A DNA stretch of 59,898 nt from Candidatus Anoxymicrobium japonicum (GTDB taxonomy: Bacteria; Actinomycetota; Geothermincolia; Fen-727; Anoxymicrobiaceae), in the NCBI GenBank assembly GCA_002843005.1, contig PHEX01000004.1, positions 1 to 59,898 on the forward strand, given 5' to 3'. The notes beneath the pieces are model-generated. The model did not search any database and was not told the DNA's origin. It was given only the letters and a program-made list of their open reading frames with translations. Each line of letters begins with the position of its first letter. Position 1 is the stretch's first letter. Shown piece after piece: positions 50,198 through 59,891 of the stretch. Made by a program: the position numbers and the translations under genes.

Positions 50198-52371
50198 TGA
50201 CGGAACGGTCGCCTGGCGCTGAGAAGTTGTTCTCGATGACAGGGCGCCTTTTCTCGAAGAGCGGGCAGCGCCAGATCGAGAAGGCATACCGGGTCGCCTT
50301 GAAGTCGCACGGTGACCAGTGCCGGAAATCCGGCGAGCCGTATATTGTTCATCCGATCGCCGTGGCATCCACCCTCGCGGAGTTGGAGCTGGATCAAAAC
50401 ACCATCAGCGCGGCGCTTCTCCATGACGTGGTCGAGGACACTGGTCTCTCGATAGCCGATGTCCGCGATCAGTTTTCTGCGACGATCGCGGACATCGTCG
50501 ATGGCGTTACAAAGCTCGAGCGGTTCAAGTTTGATTCGCGCGAAGAGCAGCAGGCTGAAAACATGCGCAAGATGCTCATCGCAATGGCTGGCGACGTGCG
50601 CGTCATGCTTATCAAGCTGGCTGACCGCCTTCACAACATGGAGACGATCGGCGCGTTGTCTCTCGCGCGCCGTCGCGAGATCGCCCAGGAAACCATCGAT
50701 ATCTACGCGCCGCTGGCGCACCGCTTTGGCATATCCCAGATCGAGTGGCGGCTCGAGGATCTTTCGTTCGAGGTTCTGCACCCCATGCGGTATGAGCAGA
50801 TAAAGAGAATGGTCACTGAACGGCGTGTCGAGCGCGAGAAGTACATGCAACGCCTTACCGGACACATTTCGGACGAACTCAAGAAAAATAAGATAAAGGC
50901 GGACGTTTCAGGGCGCGTCAAGCATTTCTACAGCATCTACGAAAAGATCGTGAACCGCGGCATCGAGTTTGACGAGATCATGGACCTCTCCGCCGTGAGG
51001 GTTACGGTCGACTCGATCCGCGATTGCTACGCGGTTCTTGGAGTGATCCACGCTATGTGGATGCCGGTGCCGGGGCGCTTCAAGGACTATATCGCGATGC
51101 CGAAGCTCAACATGTACCGTTCCCTGCACACTGTCGTGATCAGCATGGAGGGTTGGCCGCTGGAGATTCAGATACGCACCCATGAGATGCACCGTACCGC
51201 CGAGTGCGGGATCGCCGCGCACTGGTTGTACAAAGAGCGCTTGCGCCGCGACCAGGGGGGCCGCAACTGGCTCAAGCAGGTGATGGAGTGGCAACAGGAG
51301 ATCAAAGACCCGGCAGAGTTCATGAAGAACCTCAAGGTGGATATGTTTCAGGACGAGGTGTTTGTCTTTACTCCCGGCGGAAAACTGCTATCGCTTCAGG
51401 CGGGCGCGACACCGATAGATTTCGCTTACAGCATACACACCGAAGTCGGGCACAGTTGCGTGGGGGCGAAGGTGAACGGGAAAATGGCGCCGCTCTCCTG
51501 TCATCTCCATAACGGCGACATCATAGAGATCATGACTTCAAAGAACGCTTCCGGCCCCAGCCGTGACTGGCTCAATATCGTCGAGACGTCTCGCGCGCGC
51601 AACAAGATCCGTCAGTGGTTTTCCCGCGAGCGGCGTGAAGATGAGCGCAACGAGGGCAAGGAGGCGCTCGACCGGGCAATGCGAAAACTGGGCGTCCCGT
51701 TCAAGCGCAGGGAGGTTGCCAGAGTACTGACACAGTTTGCCGAGGATCAGCGCCTGACCGGGCTTGATGATCTCTACAGGCAGATAGGCGCGGGCCACGT
51801 TTCCGCGAACGTGATTGCCGGCAAGGCGTCGCAATGCCTGGCGGGTCATGAGAAAAAATCAGTAATGATCCCGGAGAGCGAGCCTTTGCCGAAGCAGAGG
51901 TTTGATGTGGAGGCTCGCGACGCGCGCTTGATCCAGCGCATAAAAGTTCACGGGATAGAAAACGCGCTGGTGCAGGTAGCTCGTTGCTGCTGTCCCGCTC
52001 CCGGAGACCCGATAGTAGGGTTTGTCACCAGGAGCAGGGGTGTTTCTGTCCACCGCAAGGATTGTAAGAATGTTCAGGATTTCTCACGAGAGTTAGACAG
52101 GCTTATCGAGGTCACATGGGAGAAAGAAGAGCCGAGGATCAAGGTGGTCGAGATATGCGTCGAAGCCTGGGACAGGCCCAGGTTGGTCAGGGACATTACG
52201 GCTGTTCTTGGTGATCAGGGCGTAAACATTCTCTCGGCGTCGTTTTCTTCGGACTCACAGCGCCTCTCGAGGAGCAACCTGATTTTTGAGATAGGCTCGA
52301 ACACCCATCTGAAGGATATTTTCAAGGACATCAAAAAAATCGACTCAGTCATCGACGCCTACGACATTTAA
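50194..52371 (+). CDS. relA: Bifunctional (p)ppGpp synthetase/hydrolase Rel (RelA/SpoT family)
   Basis: Has the HD hydrolase domain (HPIAVA, LLHDVVEDT), the synthetase domain (RVKHFYSIYEK, DLSAVRV, YRSLHT), TGS and a C-terminal ACT-like domain. Confidence 0.95.
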   Translation: MMTERSPGAEKLFSMTGRLFSKSGQRQIEKAYRVALKSHGDQCRKSGEPYIVHPIAVASTLAELELDQNTISAALLHDVVEDTGLSIADVRDQFSATIADIVDGVTKLERFKFDSREEQQAENMRKMLIAMAGDVRVMLIKLADRLHNMETIGALSLARRREIAQETIDIYAPLAHRFGISQIEWRLEDLSFEVLHPMRYEQIKRMVTERRVEREKYMQRLTGHISDELKKNKIKADVSGRVKHFYSIYEKIVNRGIEFDEIMDLSAVRVTVDSIRDCYAVLGVIHAMWMPVPGRFKDYIAMPKLNMYRSLHTVVISMEGWPLEIQIRTHEMHRTAECGIAAHWLYKERLRRDQGGRNWLKQVMEWQQEIKDPAEFMKNLKVDMFQDEVFVFTPGGKLLSLQAGATPIDFAYSIHTEVGHSCVGAKVNGKMAPLSCHLHNGDIIEIMTSKNASGPSRDWLNIVETSRARNKIRQWFSRERREDERNEGKEALDRAMRKLGVPFKRREVARVLTQFAEDQRLTGLDDLYRQIGAGHVSANVIAGKASQCLAGHEKKSVMIPESEPLPKQRFDVEARDARLIQRIKVHGIENALVQVARCCCPAPGDPIVGFVTRSRGVSVHRKDCKNVQDFSRELDRLIEVTWEKEEPRIKVVEICVEAWDRPRLVRDITAVLGDQGVNILSASFSSDSQRLSRSNLIFEIGSNTHLKDIFKDIKKIDSVIDAYDI

Positions 52372-52505
52372 CTTTTGGGTCAGGCACCGTCTACCGCTAA
52401 AGCGGTAGACGTTGCCAGACCCCCCCTACGCAGTAAAGGTAGACGGTGCCTGACCCCTCTGGACGGACGATCGACTTTTAGAAAAAAGACCTGACCCCCA
52501 AAGTT
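52369..52505. repeat. Nested composite repeat: family B arms enclosing family A modules, with the left arm fused to L at the shared core
   Basis: Left side is TTAACTTTTGGGTCAGG-CACCGTCTACC. Hairpin at 52377-52423. rc-L at 52438-52457. Right side is ...CTCTGGACGGACGATCGACTTTTAGAAAAAAGACCTGACCCCCAAAGTT. The relA TAA lies in the first bases. Confidence 0.85.
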
Positions 52506-52557
52506 CAATTGTTGTTTACTCTGTTACTATTAGGGCACATCGACAGGAAGTTCACGC

Positions 52558-53211
52558 GTGGAAAAATTATTCGTCAAGACGTTGGAAGTCGGGATGTTTC
52601 ATACGAACTGCTATATCGTCATGGACAAAAGCTCATGTGATGGTTTTGTGATCGATCCTGGCGCCGAGGCGCGCAAGATAATCAGCGCGGTCACGGACGC
52701 TGGCGTCAAGTGCAAGGCCATACTGTGCACGCACGGCCACATGGATCATGTCGGCGCCGCCGGGAAAGTGGCGGAGGCTTTGAACGCTCGTCTGTTTGTC
52801 TCACGGATCGACTCGGGTGTTCTTGATGGATCGGCACGGGGCATAGGAGGAAGGCTAAGCTCGATGATTGCGGGGATGAAGTCGGGTGATGTGGAGCATC
52901 TCGAGGCTTCTCAGATTTTCGAGTTTGGCGCCCGCGAGATCAAGGTTGTGCCCACGCCGGGCCACACACTCGGCTCGATGAGCTTCATTGCGGGCGACAG
53001 CATCTTCTGTGGCGACCTGGTCTTTCAAGGTTCCATCGGGAGGACTGACCTCTCCGGTGGCTCGCTTTCGCAACTGCTTGCTTCCGTGCGGAAGCACGTC
53101 TGGACTCTTCCCGGCGACGCGCGAATATTTCCGGGCCACGGCCCCGCCACGACGGTGCGTGCCGAAAAAGCGACAAATCCGTATCTTCATGGCATCGAGA
53201 GGGAGTGCTGA
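52558..53211 (+). CDS. Metallo-beta-lactamase-fold hydrolase (glyoxalase II-like)
   Basis: Has the HGHMDHVG motif, TPGHTLGS and downstream His/Asp ligands. GTG start. Confidence 0.85.
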   Translation: MEKLFVKTLEVGMFHTNCYIVMDKSSCDGFVIDPGAEARKIISAVTDAGVKCKAILCTHGHMDHVGAAGKVAEALNARLFVSRIDSGVLDGSARGIGGRLSSMIAGMKSGDVEHLEASQIFEFGAREIKVVPTPGHTLGSMSFIAGDSIFCGDLVFQGSIGRTDLSGGSLSQLLASVRKHVWTLPGDARIFPGHGPATTVRAEKATNPYLHGIEREC

Positions 53212-54518
53212 TGAAGTACCGCGCGCCAAAAGGAACTTTTGATCTCGTCTATCCAGATTCGGAGAAGGCAAACTGGCTTGTGCGCTCGGCGTGCGAAGTC
53301 ATGGCTCTCTACGGCTATGAGAGGATAATCACGCCGATCATAGAGAGCGCCGACCTCTTCCGGCGCGGCATCGGCGATGATAGCGATATTGTCACCAAAG
53401 AGATGTATTCGTTTGAGGATCAGGGGGGTGAAAGCCTTACGTTGCGCCCAGAGGGGACGGCGCCTGTCGCGCGCGCGTTCATAGAGCGCGGGCTCGCCTC
53501 GCGAGGCCTTCCTCAGAAGTTGTATTATGCCGGCCCGATGTTCAGGCGCGAGAGGCCGCAGGCGGGGCGCTTCAGGCAGTTTTTCCAGGTTGGGGCGGAG
53601 GCGATTGGAAGTGTTGATCCTTTCATCGACGCTGAGATCATCGCGATATCCGATCACCTGTTCAAGCGCCTCGGACTATCCGGCTACACCCTTTTCTTGA
53701 ACAACGTGGGTTGTGGTGAGTGCAGGCCGAAGTACATGAGCCGCCTCTCCGAGTTTTTAGGCGCCGTGATTCCTGCGCTTTGCGGGGAGTGCCAGAGGCG
53801 CGCTTCCTTAAACCCGCTGCGCGTTCTGGATTGCAAGAATGGGTCTTGCCGGCGCGCGGTTGCGGATGCGCCGACAATGGGAAGCTATCTGTGTGGACGG
53901 TGCCGGGAAAACTTCGACGCCGTGATGATGAGTCTTGATCGTTTGAGTATCACGTTTGAGATCGACGAGCGCATGGTGAGAGGACTCGACTACTACACAG
54001 GCACAGCGTTCGAGTTTCAGTTTGAAGGATTGGGAGCGCAAAATACGGTCTCGGCCGGAGGGCGCTACGATTATCTGATCGAGCAACTCGGAGGCCCGCC
54101 GACCCCCGGGGTCGGGTACAGTCTGGGGGTGGAGAGGCTTGTAATGGCGTTGGACGCTCAAGGCCTGGATCCGTGTGAGCGCTTGCGTCTCGACCTGTTC
54201 ATAGCCGGCGCGCCGGGGGTGGATCGTGACCGCCTGCTGGATATCCTCGCCCGCGCGCGGGAAGAGGGCATCTCCGCGGACACCGATGTCATGGGACGCG
54301 GGCTAAAGGCGCAGATGAAGCAGGCCGACCGGATGCGGGCGCGTCTCGTTCTCATCATTGGGCCGGACGAGCTCGAGCGCGGAGAAGTGACAGTGCGCGA
54401 CCTCGACGCGTCAGAGCAGTGGCAGATCCCGGTTGAGATGGTAATCGAAAAAGTGATCGATTTCCTAAAACGCATAATGGGGTCAAACCAAAATATGCGT
54501 TTTGTAACAGATAAATGA
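53211..54518 (+). CDS. hisS: Histidyl-tRNA synthetase; the last ~15 codons and the stop are supplied by a family C repeat
   Basis: Starts [11 protein letters not shown]. Has class II motifs ([30 protein letters not shown]) and an anticodon-binding domain. The C-terminus ...[16 protein letters not shown] is encoded by element C (54467 onward). Confidence 0.9.
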   Translation: MKYRAPKGTFDLVYPDSEKANWLVRSACEVMALYGYERIITPIIESADLFRRGIGDDSDIVTKEMYSFEDQGGESLTLRPEGTAPVARAFIERGLASRGLPQKLYYAGPMFRRERPQAGRFRQFFQVGAEAIGSVDPFIDAEIIAISDHLFKRLGLSGYTLFLNNVGCGECRPKYMSRLSEFLGAVIPALCGECQRRASLNPLRVLDCKNGSCRRAVADAPTMGSYLCGRCRENFDAVMMSLDRLSITFEIDERMVRGLDYYTGTAFEFQFEGLGAQNTVSAGGRYDYLIEQLGGPPTPGVGYSLGVERLVMALDAQGLDPCERLRLDLFIAGAPGVDRDRLLDILARAREEGISADTDVMGRGLKAQMKQADRMRARLVLIIGPDELERGEVTVRDLDASEQWQIPVEMVIEKVIDFLKRIMGSNQNMRFVTDK

Positions 54519-54570
54519 TGGGAGCGCGCATAAAAACGCATATTTTGGTTTGACCCCATTATGCGTTTTT
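54467..54570. repeat. MITE-like element, family C copy 2 (inverted relative to copy 1)
   Basis: AAAACGCATAATGGGGTCAAACCAAAATATGCGTTTT ... AAAACGCATATTTTGGTTTGACCCCATTATGCGTTTTT. The central segment is the reverse complement of the one at 21415-21450. Confidence 0.85.
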
Positions 54571-54606
54571 GCCTCCCGCTGTCGGGATCGAAAGGTGAAT
54601 GAGAAG

Positions 54607-56412
54607 ATGACAGATACGCAACGCTCAAACACACAACGCTCAGACACGCAGGTTTCCTTCCGGCTCAAGAGAGATGTCTTGTGCGGGGACGTGGATCTTT
54701 CGTGGGAGGGCAAGGATGTGACCGTGAACGGATGGGTCGCCAGGCGCCGCGACCACGGCGGTTTGATCTTTATCGATCTGCGTGACACAAATGGGGTTGT
54801 CCAGGTCGTGTTCAACCCCGCCGTGTCTGCGGAGTGTCACGCGATTGCCGGGGATGTCAGGCCGGAGTACGTGCTTGCCGTGCGCGGCGCCGTCTCTCGC
54901 AGGCCCGCGGGGACTGAGAACACCGAGTTGTCGACAGGAGCGATCGAGGTGCTGGCAAGAGATGTCGAGGTTCTGAACACCTCGCAAACGCCTCCATTTG
55001 AGATACGGGATGACATCAACGTTGACGAGAAGGTCAGGCTCGAGTACAGGTTTCTCGACCTGAGACGTTTTGACGCGCAACGCGCCATCAAGCTGAAGCA
55101 CCGCATTGTCAGGGCGACTCGCGATTACCTGGACTCGCAACGCTTTATCGAGATAGAGACTCCACAGCTCTGCAAGAGCACGCCGGAGGGCGCGCGCGAT
55201 TACCTGGTGCCGAGCCGCGTTCAACCGGGAAGGTTCTATGCGCTTCCGCAGTCCCCGCAGTTGTTCAAGCAACTGTTGATGATCGCCGGCTTCGACCGGT
55301 ACTACCAGATAGCGCGTTGCTTCCGTGACGAGGACCTGAGGGCGGATCGTCAGCCGGAGTTTACCCAGGTGGACATGGAGATGTCGTTTGTTGACGAGGA
55401 CGACGTCATCAACGCCGTTGACGAGCTTCTGGCAGGTGTTTTTGAGGCCGCGACAGGCGCCGCGATAGAGACGCCGATTGCCCGCATGCCTTACGACGAG
55501 GCGATTGAGAGCTACGGCACGGATCGCCCCGACCTTCGTTACGGGCTTCGCATGTCCACGCTGAATGACGTATTTAGAGGTACGTCTTTCAAGGTTTTTT
55601 CAAGCGCCATCGAGTCGGGCGGAGTCGTGCGTGGGATGCGCGTCGAGGGCGGAGGAAAGATGTCCCGCTCCCAATTGGATAACTGGAACGAGCGGGCCCG
55701 GGAGCTCGGCGCCGGTGGGCTCGCATGGTTCATCGTTGAGGACGATGGCCTGCGCTCGCCCGTTGCCAAATTCCTCTCTCAAGATGAAAAAGATGGGTTA
55801 TCGAGCGTGATGAAGCTCATACCGGGTGACGCCGCGTTCTTGCTGGCCGGGGATCGCGGCGCGTGTAACGACATCATGCATCACCTGCGAGGTGGCGTAG
55901 CGGACGCGATGGGTTTGTGTGGCGCGGAGTTCAAGCTTGTGTGGATAGTCGATTTTCCGCTCCTCGAGTACGACAGTGTAGAGAAGCGATACAAGTCGCT
56001 CCACCACCCGTTCACGAGCCCCACGGCTGGGTCTATATCCACGCTCGACACGGATCCGCTTTCCGTGCGGGCACGCGCCTACGACATAGTGATAAACGGG
56101 ATGGAGATTGGCGGCGGCTCAATCCGAATCCACCGCCATGAGGTACAGGAGCGCATGTTCCGCGTCCTGGGGATAACGCCCGACGAGTATGAGGCCAAGT
56201 TTGGATTTTTGCTTTCCGCGTTGCGTTACGGCGCGCCTCCGCATGGCGGCATCGCGCTGGGGCTCGATCGCCTGGTCATGCTGCTCGCTGGAAAAGACTC
56301 CATCAGGGACGTTATCGCGTTTCCCAAGACGCAGTCGGCTTCCGATCTGATGACCGGCGCGCCTGACGAGGTTTCGCCCGAACAGTTCCGCGACCTCGGC
56401 CTGAAACTATAG
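54607..56412 (+). CDS. aspS: Aspartyl-tRNA synthetase
   Basis: Has an OB fold ([23 protein letters not shown]), [28 protein letters not shown] and [15 protein letters not shown] 54607 follows GAAAGGTGA. The track start at 54550 lies in the repeat. Confidence 0.95.
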   Translation: MTDTQRSNTQRSDTQVSFRLKRDVLCGDVDLSWEGKDVTVNGWVARRRDHGGLIFIDLRDTNGVVQVVFNPAVSAECHAIAGDVRPEYVLAVRGAVSRRPAGTENTELSTGAIEVLARDVEVLNTSQTPPFEIRDDINVDEKVRLEYRFLDLRRFDAQRAIKLKHRIVRATRDYLDSQRFIEIETPQLCKSTPEGARDYLVPSRVQPGRFYALPQSPQLFKQLLMIAGFDRYYQIARCFRDEDLRADRQPEFTQVDMEMSFVDEDDVINAVDELLAGVFEAATGAAIETPIARMPYDEAIESYGTDRPDLRYGLRMSTLNDVFRGTSFKVFSSAIESGGVVRGMRVEGGGKMSRSQLDNWNERARELGAGGLAWFIVEDDGLRSPVAKFLSQDEKDGLSSVMKLIPGDAAFLLAGDRGACNDIMHHLRGGVADAMGLCGAEFKLVWIVDFPLLEYDSVEKRYKSLHHPFTSPTAGSISTLDTDPLSVRARAYDIVINGMEIGGGSIRIHRHEVQERMFRVLGITPDEYEAKFGFLLSALRYGAPPHGGIALGLDRLVMLLAGKDSIRDVIAFPKTQSASDLMTGAPDEVSPEQFRDLGLKL

Positions 56413-56929
56413 CAGGGGTCAGGCACCGTCTACCTTTCCGTCTACCTCTACGCAGTAAATTTATCAACTCCGCGCCGCGCTCGAGCGCTGATTCCAGGTT
56501 AGTTTGCTCGAGCCTTCGGGCGAGCGTCCACCACTCTTTGTCGTCGAGACGGATGCCGCGATCCTCGAGCAGCGACTCTATAACGCCGTTGACTTCGATT
56601 ATCGAGAAGCACTTTTGCCGGTGGGCGGGGGAGATCCTCGCGAGCGCGTAGCATTGCCAGCGGGTCATAGTCAAAACCAGATCCGACGCGGACAGGCGGG
56701 TTTCGTTCACCGGAGAGGAGGTCGTGTCGCATGCCGGGATTCCGAGTTTTTCGAGCGACCTCAACGTTTCCGGATGAGGGGGCGAACCAGGCGCCGCTTC
56801 GATACCGCACGACTCCGATGTCAGGGCGACCGCCCGGCAGCCAAGGAGTTCCTCCGCCCGCCTGCGCAACACGCACTCGGCGATGACGCTTCTCATGATA
56901 TTTCCAGTACAGATGAACAAAATACGCAT
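56312..56929 (-). CDS. Low-molecular-weight protein-tyrosine/arsenate-reductase-type phosphatase with a repeat-derived C-terminal tail
   Basis: Starts [14 protein letters not shown] (CX5R-S P-loop). After about aa 155 the frame runs through the family A repeat ([15 protein letters not shown]) and 100 nt antisense into aspS before the first stop. Confidence 0.7.
   Translation of the reverse strand: MRILFICTGNIMRSVIAECVLRRRAEELLGCRAVALTSESCGIEAAPGSPPHPETLRSLEKLGIPACDTTSSPVNETRLSASDLVLTMTRWQCYALARISPAHRQKCFSIIEVNGVIESLLEDRGIRLDDKEWWTLARRLEQTNLESALERGAELINLLRRGRRKGRRCLTPAIVSGRGRGTVRAKPRQARRSSDRKPTASWETR
56415..56460. repeat. Family A repeat (L plus CCGTCTACC plus CTACGCAGTAAA linker) between convergent aspS and the phosphatase gene
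   Basis: Sequence is GGGGTCAGGCACCGTCTACCTTTCCGTCTACCTCTACGCAGTAAA, starting 2 nt after the aspS TAG. Confidence 0.85.
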
Positions 56930-57012
56930 CGTGGCAACGAGCATAACATACGAGTCCGCGGACTCGGATACACTTAACTTTTGGGGGAAACTCCAGAAGT
57001 CAAGGAGGGCAG

Positions 57013-57666
57013 TTGAAGATTATCGCGCACCGGGGCGGCCGTGGATTTGGCGCCGACAATACGCTCGAGGCGATGGAGAAAGCCGTTCGCGCTGGCGTGC
57101 GGATGATAGAGACGGATGTACGATCGACTGTCGACGGCAGGCTCTTGATATGTCACGACGGCACAGTCGGTGGCCGCGTCATCCGCCATACACCGTACGA
57201 CGAGATCAAGAAGCACGCCCCGGATCGCCCGTTGCTGGATGACATTCTGGAGAGATTGGCCGGCTGGGTTGCCTTCAACTTAGAGATAAAGTGCGCGAAC
57301 GCGCGAGATACAGGTGAAACGCTCGAAGCGTACGGCATCCTTAACGATACCGTCGTGACGTCGTTCAACAGAGACATTGTCCGCGAATACAAACACAACT
57401 ATCCGACGGCGCCGACCGGGCAACTCTACCGCATGCCTTACGGGAACGAGAGAAAACTCCATCGCGCTCTTGACATCGGCGCGGAGTTCATCGCGCCGCA
57501 CTGCAGCACCATAGACGAAGACCTGGTGCGCAGGGCGCATGAGTCAGGGCTGAAAGTCATCGCGTGGACGGTCAATGACGAGGACGAATTCAGCAGGTTG
57601 TACGGCTGGGGGGTTGACGCGATTATTACGGATCACTACTTCAAGATGCGAGATTTGTTGAAATAA
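57013..57666 (+). CDS. Glycerophosphodiester phosphodiesterase (GDPD family)
   Basis: Contains IIAHRGG, IETDVR, LNLEIK and VIAWTVND. TTG start. Confidence 0.85.
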   Translation: MKIIAHRGGRGFGADNTLEAMEKAVRAGVRMIETDVRSTVDGRLLICHDGTVGGRVIRHTPYDEIKKHAPDRPLLDDILERLAGWVAFNLEIKCANARDTGETLEAYGILNDTVVTSFNRDIVREYKHNYPTAPTGQLYRMPYGNERKLHRALDIGAEFIAPHCSTIDEDLVRRAHESGLKVIAWTVNDEDEFSRLYGWGVDAIITDHYFKMRDLLK

Positions 57667-57702
57667 CGCAACAGTGGGGTCAGGCCCCAGTGTTGCGTTT
57701 TT
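57665..57702. terminator. Bidirectional family E hairpin terminator between the convergent GDPD gene and galE
   Basis: AACGCAACA-GTGGGGTCAGGCCCCAG-TGTTGCGTT is flanked by an A-rich 5' side and a TTTTT 3' side. Confidence 0.65.
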
Positions 57703-58681
57703 CGTAGCCCGAGGGGTGCGACGAGTGCCACTCCCACGCGGTCTTCACGATGTCCGCGAGCCCGGGGTGCGACGGCGACCATCCCAGCGTTGATTTGATG
57801 CGCTCCGAAGAGGCGACGAGTTCCGGGGGGTCTCCCTCGCGGCGGGGTTCTTCGACTATCTCAAATTTCTTTCCCGATGTCTCTTTGACCGAATCGATTA
57901 CCTCGCGCACCGAGAACCCGGCGCCGTTGCCGAGGTTGAAAACACCGCCATCGCCGCCCGCTTCCAGGTGTTGTACCGCGAGAATGTGGGCGCGCGCGAG
58001 ATCGACGATGTGGATGTAATCGCGAACGCACGTGCCATCGGGGGTCGGGTAATCCGTGCCATATATTGACACCCGGGGCTCGAGGCCAAGCGCTGACGCA
58101 ATCACCCTTGGGAGGAGATGGGTCTCAGGCGTGTGATCCTCGCCAAGGTTATGGACTGGATCGGCTCCGGCCGCGTTGAAATACCGCAAGGACGCGTGCC
58201 TCATTACTCCCGCCCGCGCCAGCTCCTCAAGCATCCACTCGACCATGAGCTTTGTGAGCCCGTATGGGTTGATCGGTCTGGTTGGGTCGGTTTCGAGAAT
58301 CGGGGAGCGCTCTGCCGCGCCGTACGTGGCCGCGGATGAGGAAAAGACCATTGCCCGGCAGCCGCACTCGACAAGCGCGCGCATCAGGTTGACGCTGCCC
58401 GACACGTTAGTCCGGAAGTAATTGAGCGGCTCGGCCATCGACTCGCCAACCAGGCTACGCGCGGCGAAATGAATGCAGGCGTCAGGCTTGAATTGTTCGC
58501 ACGCGCAGAGAAGCGCCGAGGCGTCCTCGATGTCGAGAATCTCGAGATCGAGCCCTTGAACGGCTTGCGGGTGTCCTTTGGAGAGGTTGTCCACCACGAG
58601 GATGTCATGCCCCTCGTCAGCCATTATGCGCGATGTGACTGAGCCGATGTACCCGGCGCCGCCTGTGACAAGGATTCTCAT
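57680..58681 (-). CDS. galE: UDP-glucose 4-epimerase
   Basis: Starts MRILVTGGAGYIGS at 58681 and has YGLTK (YxxxK). The track start at 58792 is an upstream extension overlapping galK. Confidence 0.95.
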   Translation of the reverse strand: MRILVTGGAGYIGSVTSRIMADEGHDILVVDNLSKGHPQAVQGLDLEILDIEDASALLCACEQFKPDACIHFAARSLVGESMAEPLNYFRTNVSGSVNLMRALVECGCRAMVFSSSAATYGAAERSPILETDPTRPINPYGLTKLMVEWMLEELARAGVMRHASLRYFNAAGADPVHNLGEDHTPETHLLPRVIASALGLEPRVSIYGTDYPTPDGTCVRDYIHIVDLARAHILAVQHLEAGGDGGVFNLGNGAGFSVREVIDSVKETSGKKFEIVEEPRREGDPPELVASSERIKSTLGWSPSHPGLADIVKTAWEWHSSHPSGYEKRNTGA

Positions 58682-58685
58682 GGCG

Positions 58686-59891
58686 CTATAGTACCTTATG
58701 AGCGCCGTCGCCGGGCGTTGTGACGATGAACTCCGCGTCGCAGTGCGTCGCCTGCCAGTAAAGTCCAGGGACGCGTCGCGTGTAGCGCTCAACGTTCTCG
58801 CGCCTGATGAGCGCCACCACGCACCCGCCGAAGCCCGCTCCGGTCATGCGGCATCCGATTACTCCCTGCTGCTCGAGAGAGATTTCCTGAAGCGCGTCCA
58901 GCTCCTCACACGAGACTTCAAAAAGGTCGCGGAGGGACTCGTGAGAACGGTTCATTAGATGGCCGAGGGTAACGGCGTCGCCTCTTTCCAAGCAACGGGC
59001 GGCCTCCTCGACCCTGGTGTTCTCATAAATGACGTGTTCGGCCCGATGGGCAAGCGTTTCCGGCAGCGAGTATCGGGCGCGCTCGAACTCGGAGATTGTC
59101 ACTTCGGACAGGTTGCGTTTCGGGCCGAGCCGCTCGGAGAGAAGGAGCAGCGCTTCTGAGCACTCGCGCCTGCGCGTGTTGTAATTCGAGTCGGTGAGCG
59201 AGCGCCTGACGCCTGTGTTGCCGATCACGACAACGATGTCCTTGAGGTTGTACGGGATATGGCGGAAATCCATGGTTCCGCAGTTCAAGAGGATTGCGTG
59301 GCCTTTCCTTGCCATTGCCACGGCGAACTGATCCATTACACCGCAGGACACCCCGACGAAGTCGTTTTCCGCCCGCCTTCCGAGCCGCATTGCGTCAATT
59401 GGGCTCATCGGACAGCCAAGACTTTCCATGCCGATAGCGGTCACCACTTCAAGCGAGGCGGAAGAGGAAAGCCCCGAATCGAGCGGGACGTCGCCGAAGT
59501 ACAACGCGTCAAACGACGGCAGCTCACCGCGGATCTCGCGGGAGTAGAAGTAGACTCCCCTCACGTAATCCGCCCAATCGCCTTGTTTGCTGATATCCGC
59601 GAGGAAAATGCGGGACTCCGTATCGACGCTGGCGGAGTAGAGCCTAGCGGGAGACAGATCGGACTTCCTGATGAGCATGTAAGTCCCCTGCTCGATTGCC
59701 ATGGGAAGAACGGCGCCGTCGTTATAGTCCGTGTGCTCGCCGATGAGATTCACGCGCCCGGGCGCGAAGTATGTGTCAATGGCGCCGCCGCGCCCGAACC
59801 GCGCCTCAAATTCCAGTAGCATTTTTCTGTTTTCCATCGCGTCAAACACTCGCTCTCCCGACATAAAGAGATGTTCTTTAGATGATGACAT
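58686..59891 (-). CDS. galK: Galactokinase
   Basis: Contains GRVNLIGEHTDYNDG and the GHMP motifs LDSGLSSSASLEV and GAGFGGC. The start may instead be an internal Met (e.g. 59837). Confidence 0.9.
   Translation of the reverse strand: MSSSKEHLFMSGERVFDAMENRKMLLEFEARFGRGGAIDTYFAPGRVNLIGEHTDYNDGAVLPMAIEQGTYMLIRKSDLSPARLYSASVDTESRIFLADISKQGDWADYVRGVYFYSREIRGELPSFDALYFGDVPLDSGLSSSASLEVVTAIGMESLGCPMSPIDAMRLGRRAENDFVGVSCGVMDQFAVAMARKGHAILLNCGTMDFRHIPYNLKDIVVVIGNTGVRRSLTDSNYNTRRRECSEALLLLSERLGPKRNLSEVTISEFERARYSLPETLAHRAEHVIYENTRVEEAARCLERGDAVTLGHLMNRSHESLRDLFEVSCEELDALQEISLEQQGVIGCRMTGAGFGGCVVALIRRENVERYTRRVPGLYWQATHCDAEFIVTTPGDGAHKVL

Noticed and set aside
54607-54660. 15-nt direct repeat at the aspS 5' end (CAACGCTCAAACACA / CAACGCTCAGACACG, encoding [12 protein letters not shown])
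   Set aside because: It is a short in-frame duplication in a non-conserved N-terminal extension. It is probably slippage or a slightly mis-set start and has no further structure.
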